A stretch of DNA of 32,000 nucleotides from Candidatus Omnitrophota bacterium. GTDB lineage: Bacteria; Omnitrophota; Gorgyraeia; 2-01-FULL-45-10. The translations under genes were made by a program, and so were the position numbers. The notes below the pieces were generated by a model. The model saw only the letters and a list, made by a program, of their open reading frames with translations. It had not been told where the DNA came from and did no database searches. Positions 10,069-17,861 of the stretch are shown here, piece by piece. The stretch is taken from positions 419,789-451,788 of the forward strand of contig JAMWCX010000001.1 in assembly GCA_023818895.1 (NCBI GenBank). The letters run 5' to 3'. How positions within the stretch are numbered: position 1 is the first letter of the stretch; the number at the start of each line of letters is the position of its first letter.

Positions 10069-10096
10069 ATTTTATAGTTAAACTGACTTTTGTCAA
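10069..10096 (-). promoter_or_regulatory. Sigma70-like promoter upstream of fabG (TTGACA-16 nt-TAAAAT)
   Basis: On the minus strand, TTGACA (10096..10091), a 16-nt spacer, then TAAAAT (10074..10069). It lies in the 73-bp gap between the methyltransferase stop and the fabG ATG, with an AAGGA SD downstream. Confidence 0.5.
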
Positions 10097-10113
10097 GATA
10101 ATTTTGGGAAAAT

Positions 10114-10935
10114 TCAACGTTTCCGCGCGATAGCGACGATATCGCGCCCCCACCACCTTCTCATGAGAAGGCTAATGATATTTCGAGAATGGTCCTCGCA
10201 CCATATAGAGGCCTCGAAATCCTTCAATAACCTCTTCACTTTAGCCGGAGTAGTAACGTTAACGTGCGTCTTTCTATTAAGATCGCCTCTGTCAGGCCAT
10301 ATTCTGAAAGCCTTGCTTAAAAGAGCGCCAAAACCAGATTTTCTGTATTTTGACTTTGTCATCCTAATTGGTATCTTAAGCACATTCCAAGGCAAGTTCA
10401 AAATTCTCTTGATAGGCAAAAGGTATTTCTCGTAATAATAGTTAGGTGTAATGACAATGAGCCTGCCATCCTCTGTAAGAATATCGCCAACACGGGAGAA
10501 TAACTCTTTAAGCTGCCAGTCATGCATATGTTCAAGTGTTTCAATCATAAATATAATGGTATACTTATTATCTCTGAAATCATACGTTGTGGGGTCGCCA
10601 ACTTCGGCGCTTGTGTTTTTACGCTCGTTTTGGGTGAGTCTTTTCAGAGTTTGACGGGTTATCGCGATAGCGGCGGGCGAATAATCAATACCGAACGCCT
10701 TCGCTCCATACCTGGCACAATAATACAAAAGTTCGCCTCTACCGCAACCTATATCAAGGATATTATCCGATTTGGTGGGGAGGGCAAGCTCAATAGCCCT
10801 TTTGAATTTAGGATGAATGTGGTCAGCAAGGCCTGCGGCATACTCCCTCCACCCTTCGTTATCCGTAAGAAAGTACTCTTTTGAGTAAAGAGAGGGATCT
10901 ACTCTGGGCTTTTTCTCGGAAACGTAAGTATTCAT
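10114..10935 (-). CDS. Class I SAM-dependent methyltransferase
   Basis: SAM motif I ILDIGCGRGELL followed by an acidic loop FGIDYS. I place the start at ATG 10935, which forms an ATGA overlap with the GT2 stop, rather than the track's GTG at 10962. Confidence 0.8.
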   Translation of the reverse strand: MNTYVSEKKPRVDPSLYSKEYFLTDNEGWREYAAGLADHIHPKFKRAIELALPTKSDNILDIGCGRGELLYYCARYGAKAFGIDYSPAAIAITRQTLKRLTQNERKNTSAEVGDPTTYDFRDNKYTIIFMIETLEHMHDWQLKELFSRVGDILTEDGRLIVITPNYYYEKYLLPIKRILNLPWNVLKIPIRMTKSKYRKSGFGALLSKAFRIWPDRGDLNRKTHVNVTTPAKVKRLLKDFEASIWCEDHSRNIISLLMRRWWGRDIVAIARKR

Positions 10936-11726
10936 ACCTTTAACGGGAGAAGCCTTGCCCACTTTCGGCTTAATATTTTACAATTCTTTTTTAACAGTTT
11001 ATAATCGTCCTTCACAATATACTTATAACCCTTCATGTTTCTGGTCCTACCGCCATTTCCGACATGCATGGCCTCAACCTTAACAACAACGTTTTTGTAG
11101 CCTGCTGCTATGCTCTGCAGTGATATATCCAGGTCGTAGCAATGCATGTAACCGTAGCTTTCATCCAGCCCTCCTACCTTGTCGAGAAGTTCTCTTCTGA
11201 ATACAAGACACAACCCATCCAGGACAGCGACTTCGGAAACGTCTTCCTGCATAGGTGGGCCGAGATCCTCTTCGTTTTGAAGATTGTGCTTAGTCGTCGC
11301 CTCGTTAACGCATCCTGTCCTGTATATCTCTTTCCTTCCGGCAAGGCCAGCCAGGCCTATAGTCGGATCTTTTTCCATAACAGACGTAATCTTGCCAAGC
11401 CAGTCATCCTCGAATATAACCACGTCATTATGAATAGCCGCTATATATTTGTTCGTGGCTGCCTTTATTCCCTGATTTATCGCCCGAATAGGGCCAAGAT
11501 TAGTATCGTTTCTTATATACTTGATATCCAAAACCGGTCTAAGCGTATCGAAGTACGCCTTAACATCAGGCCTTGAGCCATTATCAATTATTATGATTTC
11601 GAAAGGACGTCGAGTGTTCTTAATCAAGGACTCCGTTGTAAGCTTCGTGTAGCCCAACTGATTCCACACCGCTATTATTATGCTAACAGCTGGCCTCGCC
11701 GAGAGGCCTATGTCGTTATCGAACAT
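10932..11726 (-). CDS. Family 2 glycosyltransferase
   Basis: 264-aa ORF with the GT-A/GT2 N-terminal signature VSIIIAVWNQ...FEIIIIDNGS. The ATG overlaps the mtaB 3' end by 11 nt. Confidence 0.85.
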   Translation of the reverse strand: MFDNDIGLSARPAVSIIIAVWNQLGYTKLTTESLIKNTRRPFEIIIIDNGSRPDVKAYFDTLRPVLDIKYIRNDTNLGPIRAINQGIKAATNKYIAAIHNDVVIFEDDWLGKITSVMEKDPTIGLAGLAGRKEIYRTGCVNEATTKHNLQNEEDLGPPMQEDVSEVAVLDGLCLVFRRELLDKVGGLDESYGYMHCYDLDISLQSIAAGYKNVVVKVEAMHVGNGGRTRNMKGYKYIVKDDYKLLKKNCKILSRKWARLLPLKV

Positions 11727-13035
11727 ATTCGCCTTCAGTCCTTATTTCATTAACGGCCGTTATTTTGACCGATACTATCTTCTTCATGATATCATTAGGT
11801 CCTTCAAAAAATACTTTTATGTAATTATCTGAGTAGCCATTAAGGAGACCGGTCAAAGCGTCTCTCTTAGTCTCCACAAGTATCTCCAGCTCTCGGCCTA
11901 TGAACTTTTTTCGGTAAGCCTTTGCTGACTCAGTCGCAATAACGCTTAATTCGTCATACCGTTTCTTCATAACGCTTTCGCTGACATGGCCAGCCATCTT
12001 GAAGGCGGCCGTCCCGTCCCTCGGGCTGAAAGTAAATATATGAGTTCTCGATGGCTGAAGAGCCCTTACAAACTCAAGCGTATTGCGAAACATAGCGTCG
12101 GTCTCCTGCGGAAACCCCACAATCACATCTGTGGTTATCGCTATATCTTTGATAACACCTTTTATCTTATTGATAATTTCCATATACTCCGATGAGCTGT
12201 AGGGCCTATTCATCTTCCTGAGAATATCATCGTCTCCTGACTGAAGCGGTACATGCAGGTGACGGCATATTCTCCTGTTTTGTGCGATGAAATCTATCAG
12301 CTCATCCGTAACATATTTCGGTTCTATTGAACTGAGCCTCAATCTGAAATCGCCGGGAAGTTTATCTATTGCTTTCAGGACGCTCACCAAAGATGCTTTA
12401 TTCGTATCTGGGCCTTCGAATCCTTCTTTATCATACAAATCAATGCCCCACGCGCCTAGGCATATGCCTGTGAGAACAATCTCCTTAAATCCGTTATCGA
12501 CGAGGATCGAGATTTCATCCAAGATGCTAGGTATAGGCTTGGACCTTAGATCGCTTCTTACTAAACAGACCTTACAGTAGGAACATCTGTTGCGGCAACC
12601 ATCCTGAATCTTTAGATAAGCTCTGGAGCGACTCTTGAAATCCGATACCCTTAACTCCCGTGGCTGCGGAAGCGGTTGTATCCTCTTTAAAATATCCGCG
12701 ATACTGCCTTTGTCCGCATTCCTAACGATATGCGATACGTTCGGGAACAAGGCAACGAAAGCGGCTTCTCTTTCGACCAAACAGCCTGTCGCAACGATAG
12801 CAACCGATGGATTCTTCTTTCCTAAGGCTCCGATAACCTGCTTAGATTCTCTGTCCGCCTCCGCCGTCACCGTACAAGTATTGACAATACAAATATCAGC
12901 GTCATCCTTCGATGGTGCCTCCTCAAACCCAGAAGCGGCTAAAAGCTCTCTAATAGCCTGGGACTCGTACTGATTCACTTTGCAGCCGAGGGTGTGGATA
13001 TAGAATCTTCTACGTTCTTTAATTGGTAAGCTCAT
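11716..13035 (-). CDS. mtaB: tRNA methylthiotransferase, MtaB-type (radical SAM)
   Basis: N-terminal MTTase motif FYIHTLGCKVNQYESQ, radical-SAM cluster CRNRCSYC, C-terminal TRAM-like segment. The track start is TTG 13059; the first ATG is 13035 (MSLPIKERRRFY). The exact start is uncertain. Confidence 0.85.
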   Translation of the reverse strand: MSLPIKERRRFYIHTLGCKVNQYESQAIRELLAASGFEEAPSKDDADICIVNTCTVTAEADRESKQVIGALGKKNPSVAIVATGCLVEREAAFVALFPNVSHIVRNADKGSIADILKRIQPLPQPRELRVSDFKSRSRAYLKIQDGCRNRCSYCKVCLVRSDLRSKPIPSILDEISILVDNGFKEIVLTGICLGAWGIDLYDKEGFEGPDTNKASLVSVLKAIDKLPGDFRLRLSSIEPKYVTDELIDFIAQNRRICRHLHVPLQSGDDDILRKMNRPYSSSEYMEIINKIKGVIKDIAITTDVIVGFPQETDAMFRNTLEFVRALQPSRTHIFTFSPRDGTAAFKMAGHVSESVMKKRYDELSVIATESAKAYRKKFIGRELEILVETKRDALTGLLNGYSDNYIKVFFEGPNDIMKKIVSVKITAVNEIRTEGEYVR

Positions 13036-13750
13036 AATTAAGTATGGCGAGGACTGCAAGACCCGCCGTATCGCTTTTTAAAACTCTCGGTCCAAGATTG
13101 ACCACGCGAAAACCGATCTTCTTGGCTTCTTCTACTTCGAATGGCGTAAAGTCACCTTCAGGGCCTATCGCTATGGCAATATTTCCGCCCCTGAAACCGA
13201 AAAGTATCTTTTTAAGCGGTTCGGCTCTGTCGTCTAGGGCGGCTATAAGCGCTAGATCGTAACCGTCAACTTTTGCGGCGATTTCCGCAAAGGTCTTTAT
13301 ATCCTCGATGCGCGGTATATCAGACCTGCCACACTGCTTTGAGGCCTCAAGCGATATCTTTCTCCATCTCTCAACCTGGGAAACCCTCTTGGGCTGGTCC
13401 CAGTCTGGAATGGTTCTTCCTGTAATGAGAGGTATTATGGAATTGACTCCGAGTTCAGTAGCCTTCTCGACGATATAATCCATCTTCTCTTTTTTTGGTA
13501 TCGCCTGTATGAGGGTTAACTTGGAGGATTCCTTACTTGGGGGAGTACGCGTCTCAACCAACTCGACGATTACCGACTTTCCTTTTATATCCTTTATGAA
13601 ACCGATATACTCTCTGCCGGTACCGTCAAATGTCACAACCTTATCCAATTTATTCAGGCGCATTACATCGACTATATGGTGAGCCTGTTCGCCTGTTATC
13701 CTGATGATCTTGCCGGAGATAGCCTCTTTCGGTACGTAGAAACGGCTCAC
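13019..13750 (-). CDS. rsmE: 16S rRNA (uracil1498-N3)-methyltransferase
   Basis: 243-aa ORF. N-terminus MSRFYVPKE..., C-terminal SPOUT motif AIGPEGDFTPFEVEEA...LGPRVLKSDTA. GTG start. Confidence 0.9.
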   Translation of the reverse strand: MSRFYVPKEAISGKIIRITGEQAHHIVDVMRLNKLDKVVTFDGTGREYIGFIKDIKGKSVIVELVETRTPPSKESSKLTLIQAIPKKEKMDYIVEKATELGVNSIIPLITGRTIPDWDQPKRVSQVERWRKISLEASKQCGRSDIPRIEDIKTFAEIAAKVDGYDLALIAALDDRAEPLKKILFGFRGGNIAIAIGPEGDFTPFEVEEAKKIGFRVVNLGPRVLKSDTAGLAVLAILNYELTN

Positions 13751-13756
13751 TTTTCC

Positions 13757-14779
13757 CTACTTCTTGGAAGTTGCCGGCGCAACTTCGGCCTTAATATCTG
13801 GTGATGCAGCGGTTACACCGCTGGCAGCCTTGGTAGCGGCAGAAGAGGTGGTGGCAGCAGCGGCTTTCGCCGGCGTTGTGGCAGGACCGAGCCGGACCTC
13901 AAAATCCAAGGTTGTCTCTGCGCCCTTTTCAATTTTGATATCTTTCTTACTCTGGGCAGGCATCGCGACAAGCTCCACAACATACGTCCCCGCCAGAAGC
14001 TCTATGGGCCTGCCAGTTACGCCTGTCGCCACAACATCGCCTTTATCCTGCCTCTTGACCCTGATGGTATAGCGTCTTTCTTTACCCCCCTCGTCCAAAG
14101 CCTTGACCAAGAGCGCGCCTGTAATAACACCCATGTCCAGAACCTTAACCTTACCCTGTTCTATCCTCACGCCCTCCTCAACTATCTTAGGCGATGATCC
14201 TATCTCAATATCGTAAACACCGGCCATGATCTCAAGAGGCCTGTTGGCCATCGAGGTAGTTATTAAAAAATTTGACTTGGGATAAAATATTCTTATGGGA
14301 TAGTTCGCCTCTTTATTCTTTGAGTTAAGGGCCTTTATTAGAAAGGAGCCGGATGGTCGACCGAGATCCTTAATAGTTTCCTTATCCTTTGAAACGGTTA
14401 TATTCTTATATATCTTCTGAGGAACCCCATCAACCTCTATATCATAATTACCCGGCGGAAGCTCCTGCATCCTGTTGGAAGTGAAAACAGCCATAAGAGC
14501 GGCCGAGCCGGTATCGATACTCTTGAAGGCGCGGACTCGCGAGAGAATCTCCTTGTCATCGGCCCCCTTGAGCCTGACCGTAAGGCCGCCCATCCCTTTT
14601 GAAAACGTCCTCTTGGCCGTCGCTTTAAGCGCTGCGCCTGGTTTTGGGGCATCCTTCGACTTAATAGCCGGCTGTCTGGCAGGTAATCTTTTCGCCGAAA
14701 ACATCCCTGCAACCACTACCGCCCCCAAAATAAACACTAAAACACTTGCGACTATCATCAGTTCTTTCTTTTTCACCAT
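13757..14779 (-). CDS. Membrane-anchored protein with three ~75-aa tandem repeats and an Ala/Thr/Ser-rich tail; function unknown
   Basis: 340-aa ORF with N-terminal KKK plus hydrophobic span (LMIVASVLVFILGAVVVAGMF). Three divergent repeats at aa 64-140, 144-217 and 221-294 share G-x-hydrophobic-hydrophobic-[VI]-[RK]-hydrophobic, then ...P-[IL]-E-[IL]-x-A/P-G-x-Y-x-[IV]-E. The tail is aa 297-340. Its start lies 2 nt after the Memo-AMMECR1 stop. Confidence 0.7.
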   Translation of the reverse strand: MVKKKELMIVASVLVFILGAVVVAGMFSAKRLPARQPAIKSKDAPKPGAALKATAKRTFSKGMGGLTVRLKGADDKEILSRVRAFKSIDTGSAALMAVFTSNRMQELPPGNYDIEVDGVPQKIYKNITVSKDKETIKDLGRPSGSFLIKALNSKNKEANYPIRIFYPKSNFLITTSMANRPLEIMAGVYDIEIGSSPKIVEEGVRIEQGKVKVLDMGVITGALLVKALDEGGKERRYTIRVKRQDKGDVVATGVTGRPIELLAGTYVVELVAMPAQSKKDIKIEKGAETTLDFEVRLGPATTPAKAAAATTSSAATKAASGVTAASPDIKAEVAPATSKK

Positions 14780-14781
14780 CC

Positions 14782-16260
14782 CTACTCCTTCTCCGCAAAG
14801 ACTTCTGCGGTAAATATATAAATTTCGGTAGAAGGGTCCTTCCAGGCATCGGCCGGAAGGCCCGCCTTATGCGCGCAAAGGCTCGACATAAACTCCTCCT
14901 TACTCCATCCCGTTTCAGTGGCAACCTGTGGCAGATAAACACCGCTCCTAAAACCCCGCCGAACCAGAACCCCATTGCCCGGTATCTTTATCTCATCCAG
15001 GCTGGCCACTTTCTTCAGCGGCGAAAGAACGGATACCTCCACCTCTATCCTGTCAAGCTCATCGGAACTAACCGGCTGGAATCGCGGATCACTGGTAGCC
15101 GCTTCTATCGCCATATCGGCCACCGTCTTATAGAGAGGGCCGTGGGCCACCATGTTGCCTATACAGCCTCTAAGCTCGCCGTCTTCACGAAGCGTTACAA
15201 ACGCGCCCATCGGTTCATTAAGAACGGGGTCGCTTTCGTTGAATACCTTCCTCTTGCCGTCCTTCACGAAACTGGTCATGGACTCCCGAGCTATCTGAAG
15301 AAGCCTTTTTTTCTGGGACTGGTTTAATATCATCTTGGACTCCTCTTCTTTAACCGGTCCTCCGCCGTCGGTAGCAGGCGTCTTTCTGTATATGACGGCG
15401 CTGAGGTATCCTACAACTCTTGACTTATCCCCCCACGTATCCCCTGAATTGGCATACTTAAGCACCTTGATATCGGCAAAACCGAGCCTCTGTGCCGCAA
15501 GAATCGTCGCTGTCACCGGCATGAGGCCGCATAGCTCGCAGATCCCAAGCCGTGCCTCATCATATAGTTCCTTTGCCTTCATATTCTCTATCAATGATAT
15601 GGCATGGGCGTCAATCTCATTGGCCTTCGCATAGGGGTGATAATGCGACATATCGGTGGACGCAACCACCAGGACATCATCCCTGCCCCTCAGAGCGGCG
15701 GCCAGCGCGTCTGCCAATATCACGGCATCATTATACGACTGTGTGCCGAACGCTATCGGCACGATTGATGCGCCCTTGAATACGAGCTGAATAAAAGGAA
15801 TCTCCATTTCGATAGAGTTCTCATCCGAAAAAGCCCGGGGGTAAAAGAATATTCTGTCGCTGCGCATAGCTATGGCGGATGCTAGGTTGGTATCTACAGA
15901 GATGTCGCCAAGGGGTGTTCGAAAAGAACCGCGGTCATAAATGGAAATACCGTCAAAAGGAAGTCTATGCGTAAAACCGATAAGGACGACGGTGTTAACT
16001 TTCTTCGCTTTCGCGGCTTTGAAAGAATATGCCGCCACGGCTCCTGAAAATTTGTAACCAGCGTGAGGAGCGATGACAGCGAATATATCCCCATCAATCT
16101 TGTCGGGCTGCGCCGCATCAAGATATCCGCGCAATTCTCTCTCGAGATCCATTCCCGAAGCCGCATACCAGCTACCGGCAAGATCGGCATCTTTGACATC
16201 CGATGCGAAGGCAACGGAGGCAATGAACAATGACAGGGTTATGAGTAGCGGTTTTTTCAT
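14782..16260 (-). CDS. Memo-like (AmmeMemoRadiSam protein B) / AMMECR1 (protein A) fusion with predicted signal peptide
   Basis: Memo motifs: AGSWY, IAPHAGYKFSG, GFTH, STDMSHYH, LCGLMP. AMMECR1 motifs: GAFVTLREDGELRGCIGN, SDPRFQPV, SGVYLPQV. I use ATG 16260 (MKKPLLITLSLFIASVAFA/SDV). The track's TTG at 16314 would put the start inside the hairpin that follows the tRNA. Confidence 0.85.
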   Translation of the reverse strand: MKKPLLITLSLFIASVAFASDVKDADLAGSWYAASGMDLERELRGYLDAAQPDKIDGDIFAVIAPHAGYKFSGAVAAYSFKAAKAKKVNTVVLIGFTHRLPFDGISIYDRGSFRTPLGDISVDTNLASAIAMRSDRIFFYPRAFSDENSIEMEIPFIQLVFKGASIVPIAFGTQSYNDAVILADALAAALRGRDDVLVVASTDMSHYHPYAKANEIDAHAISLIENMKAKELYDEARLGICELCGLMPVTATILAAQRLGFADIKVLKYANSGDTWGDKSRVVGYLSAVIYRKTPATDGGGPVKEEESKMILNQSQKKRLLQIARESMTSFVKDGKRKVFNESDPVLNEPMGAFVTLREDGELRGCIGNMVAHGPLYKTVADMAIEAATSDPRFQPVSSDELDRIEVEVSVLSPLKKVASLDEIKIPGNGVLVRRGFRSGVYLPQVATETGWSKEEFMSSLCAHKAGLPADAWKDPSTEIYIFTAEVFAEKE

Positions 16261-16310
16261 ATCAAAATCGCGGTGGCCGACCATCTCAAATGGCCGTGCC
16301 ATGAACCTGA

Positions 16311-16336
16311 GCAAAAATCCGATAGGATTTTTTGCG
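16311..16336 (-). terminator. AT-rich hairpin immediately downstream of tRNA-Ala (possible terminator or processing signal)
   Basis: Plus strand GCAAAAATCC-GATA-GGATTTTT(T)GC gives a ~10-bp stem with one bulged T. It starts 10 nt after the tRNA 3' end. The T-run lies within the arm, so this is not a textbook terminator. Confidence 0.35.
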
Positions 16337-16345
16337 AATGGTTCA

Positions 16346-16419
16346 TGGTGGAGCCGACGGGAGTCGAACCCGTGACTCAGCGTTGCGAACGCTGCGTAAT
16401 CCCGCTTTACTACGGCCCC
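16346..16419 (-). tRNA. tRNA-Ala (anticodon CGC), CCA encoded
   Basis: Hand-folded 74-nt cloverleaf: acceptor GGGGCCG/CGGCUCC with the G3:U70 alanine identity pair and A73. D stem GUAA/UUAC with A14 and G18G19. Anticodon stem CAGCG/CGCUG with loop UUCGCAA. T arm ACGGG-UUCGACU-CCCGU. 3' CCA. Confidence 0.9.
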
Positions 16420-16495
16420 TAGTTCTTAAAAACAAAACTGTGCAAAATACCGAGATTCTAAAATCGAATTTTTTTCCAACTTTCTAAAATAAGAT

Positions 16496-17188
16496 CTATT
16501 TTTTATAGCCAACCGGCAGAATATACAATGGCTTACTTCCAGATGGTAATTTTAATATCCTACCCACCTCCGTATCCGAAAAAGCGCCGACGGCAACACT
16601 ATCAAGGCCCAGCGCTACGGCCTGGAGAAACAAATTCTCTGCCGCGTGACCGACCTCCATATCGGTATACCGTATACCGCGATCACCGTACCGTGGTGTT
16701 ATGCGGCTATGAACGGCGGTTATTATAATATCCACCGGTGCTTCAGCTACGAAACTCTGCCCGTAGGCGGCATTGGCAAGATCTCTTCTGAGATCGCCTC
16801 CCGACACCTTTTCAAGAAGGTGCCCTTGCGGTATATAATGAAATAAACCGTCATTTTTTGCAACATAAATCTCAAGCGGATATAGCGCTCCTGCGGAAGG
16901 CGCTGATCTTAAGTTCCCGCGCTCGCTGGTAATGCCTTGGCAAGCCCACAAAAGCTGCGATATATCTTCAAGCGAAATCTCCTTTGCGGCATAGCTTCTC
17001 ACCGAGCGTCGTCTTTGAATCGCCTCCTCGACAGACATCTTGCCCTTCGTTTTGGGCTTAGGAAGAGTTATCTTTTCCATATCCCCACCTTGCGACATCG
17101 GCGGCGTAGAAAAAAACAGCATAGCTAATGCTGCCGCCGCTATAGTCAGCGTATCTTTTCTTCTTTTTTTGTCTTGAACAGTAGCCAT
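16496..17188 (-). CDS. SagB/ThcOx-type nitroreductase-family protein with N-terminal signal/anchor
   Basis: RRSVRSY...ISLEDISQLLWACQGIT...PSAGALYPLEIYV...GLFHY matches the SagB-type dehydrogenase domain pattern. The N-terminus MATVQDKKRRKDTLTIAAAALAMLFFSTPPM looks like a signal peptide or anchor. ATG 17188 is preceded by GGGGGGAGGG; the track ATG at 17203 is also possible. The gene overlaps the LigD-PE 3' end by 43-58 nt. Confidence 0.75.
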   Translation of the reverse strand: MATVQDKKRRKDTLTIAAAALAMLFFSTPPMSQGGDMEKITLPKPKTKGKMSVEEAIQRRRSVRSYAAKEISLEDISQLLWACQGITSERGNLRSAPSAGALYPLEIYVAKNDGLFHYIPQGHLLEKVSGGDLRRDLANAAYGQSFVAEAPVDIIITAVHSRITPRYGDRGIRYTDMEVGHAAENLFLQAVALGLDSVAVGAFSDTEVGRILKLPSGSKPLYILPVGYKK

Positions 17189-17529
17189 TGGCCCTCCCCC
17201 CATTTCATCTTTAGTAAAGTATATCGTCCCTCGAGCCTTCTACCGTGCAGATGAAAAACTATTTTATCCGGCCTATTTGTCTCTATATCATAAGTGCCTT
17301 TATCCCAGATCTTGACTTCACCGGCGCCATACGATCCTTCCTCTATTTTGCCTTCAAAATCTATATACCTCAAATCGTGATCTTCCACCTCTATGGCCAG
17401 GCGCTTAAGATTGTGCTTCTTCGCGGGAGTTTTCGGGACAGCCCATGACTTCAAAACGCCGTTCATTTCCAGCCTTAGGTCATAATGAAGCTTCCTGGCA
17501 TGGTGTTCTTGTATGACAAATCTTGGCAT
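17146..17529 (-). CDS. Stand-alone LigD-type 3'-phosphoesterase (PE) domain protein
   Basis: 127-aa ORF. FVIQEHHARKLHYDLRLE...GVLKSWAVPK...HDLRYIDFEGKIEEGSYGAGEV matches the LigD PE active-site pattern (His/His/Asp/Arg, then His...Tyr). Confidence 0.85.
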   Translation of the reverse strand: MPRFVIQEHHARKLHYDLRLEMNGVLKSWAVPKTPAKKHNLKRLAIEVEDHDLRYIDFEGKIEEGSYGAGEVKIWDKGTYDIETNRPDKIVFHLHGRRLEGRYTLLKMKWGEGQWLLFKTKKEEKIR

Positions 17530-17535
17530 AGCTAA

Positions 17536-17856
17536 CTATGACACGCTTTCTTTTATCCAGCGAAGGTAATTCCTACTTCCGCTTATTATAGGAAAGGCTA
17601 TTATCTCTGGCACCTCGTAGCTGTGTATACGCCTTACCTCTCTTTCAACGGACCTGAAATTTTTTGACAGCGTCTTGAGCATAAGAACTACTTCTGCGGC
17701 CTTATCGACCTTTCCTGCCCAACGAAAGCGCGATTCGGCTCCGCTTAAAATATTGCCGCAAGCCACAAGCCTCTTTTTAAGGAGCGAACCTACAATGCGC
17801 CTTGCTTCCGCAAGAGACGAGCATGTTACAAATATCGCGATACACCCCGTATTCAT
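17536..17856 (-). CDS. cutA: CutA1 divalent-cation tolerance protein
   Basis: 106-aa ORF. LVACGNI...S.FRWAGKV...E..L.LKT...YEVPEII..PI is the typical CutA1 pattern. Confidence 0.85.
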   Translation of the reverse strand: MNTGCIAIFVTCSSLAEARRIVGSLLKKRLVACGNILSGAESRFRWAGKVDKAAEVVLMLKTLSKNFRSVEREVRRIHSYEVPEIIAFPIISGSRNYLRWIKESVS

Positions 17857-17861
17857 ATGGT

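Noticed and set aside
14437-14975. Minus-strand ORFs 14437..14712 and 14661..14975 (Arg-rich)
   Set aside because: They are off-frame relative to the well-supported repeat-protein and Memo-AMMECR1 genes. Their Arg/Ser/Pro-rich composition is typical of a frame-shifted reading of GC-richer coding DNA.
16496-17203. SagB-type dehydrogenase as a marker of a thiazole/oxazole (TOMM/LAP) RiPP cluster
   Set aside because: There is no YcaO or E1-like cyclodehydratase, no precursor-peptide-like small ORF, and no transporter or protease in the neighbourhood. Stand-alone SagB/ThcOx-family nitroreductases are common.
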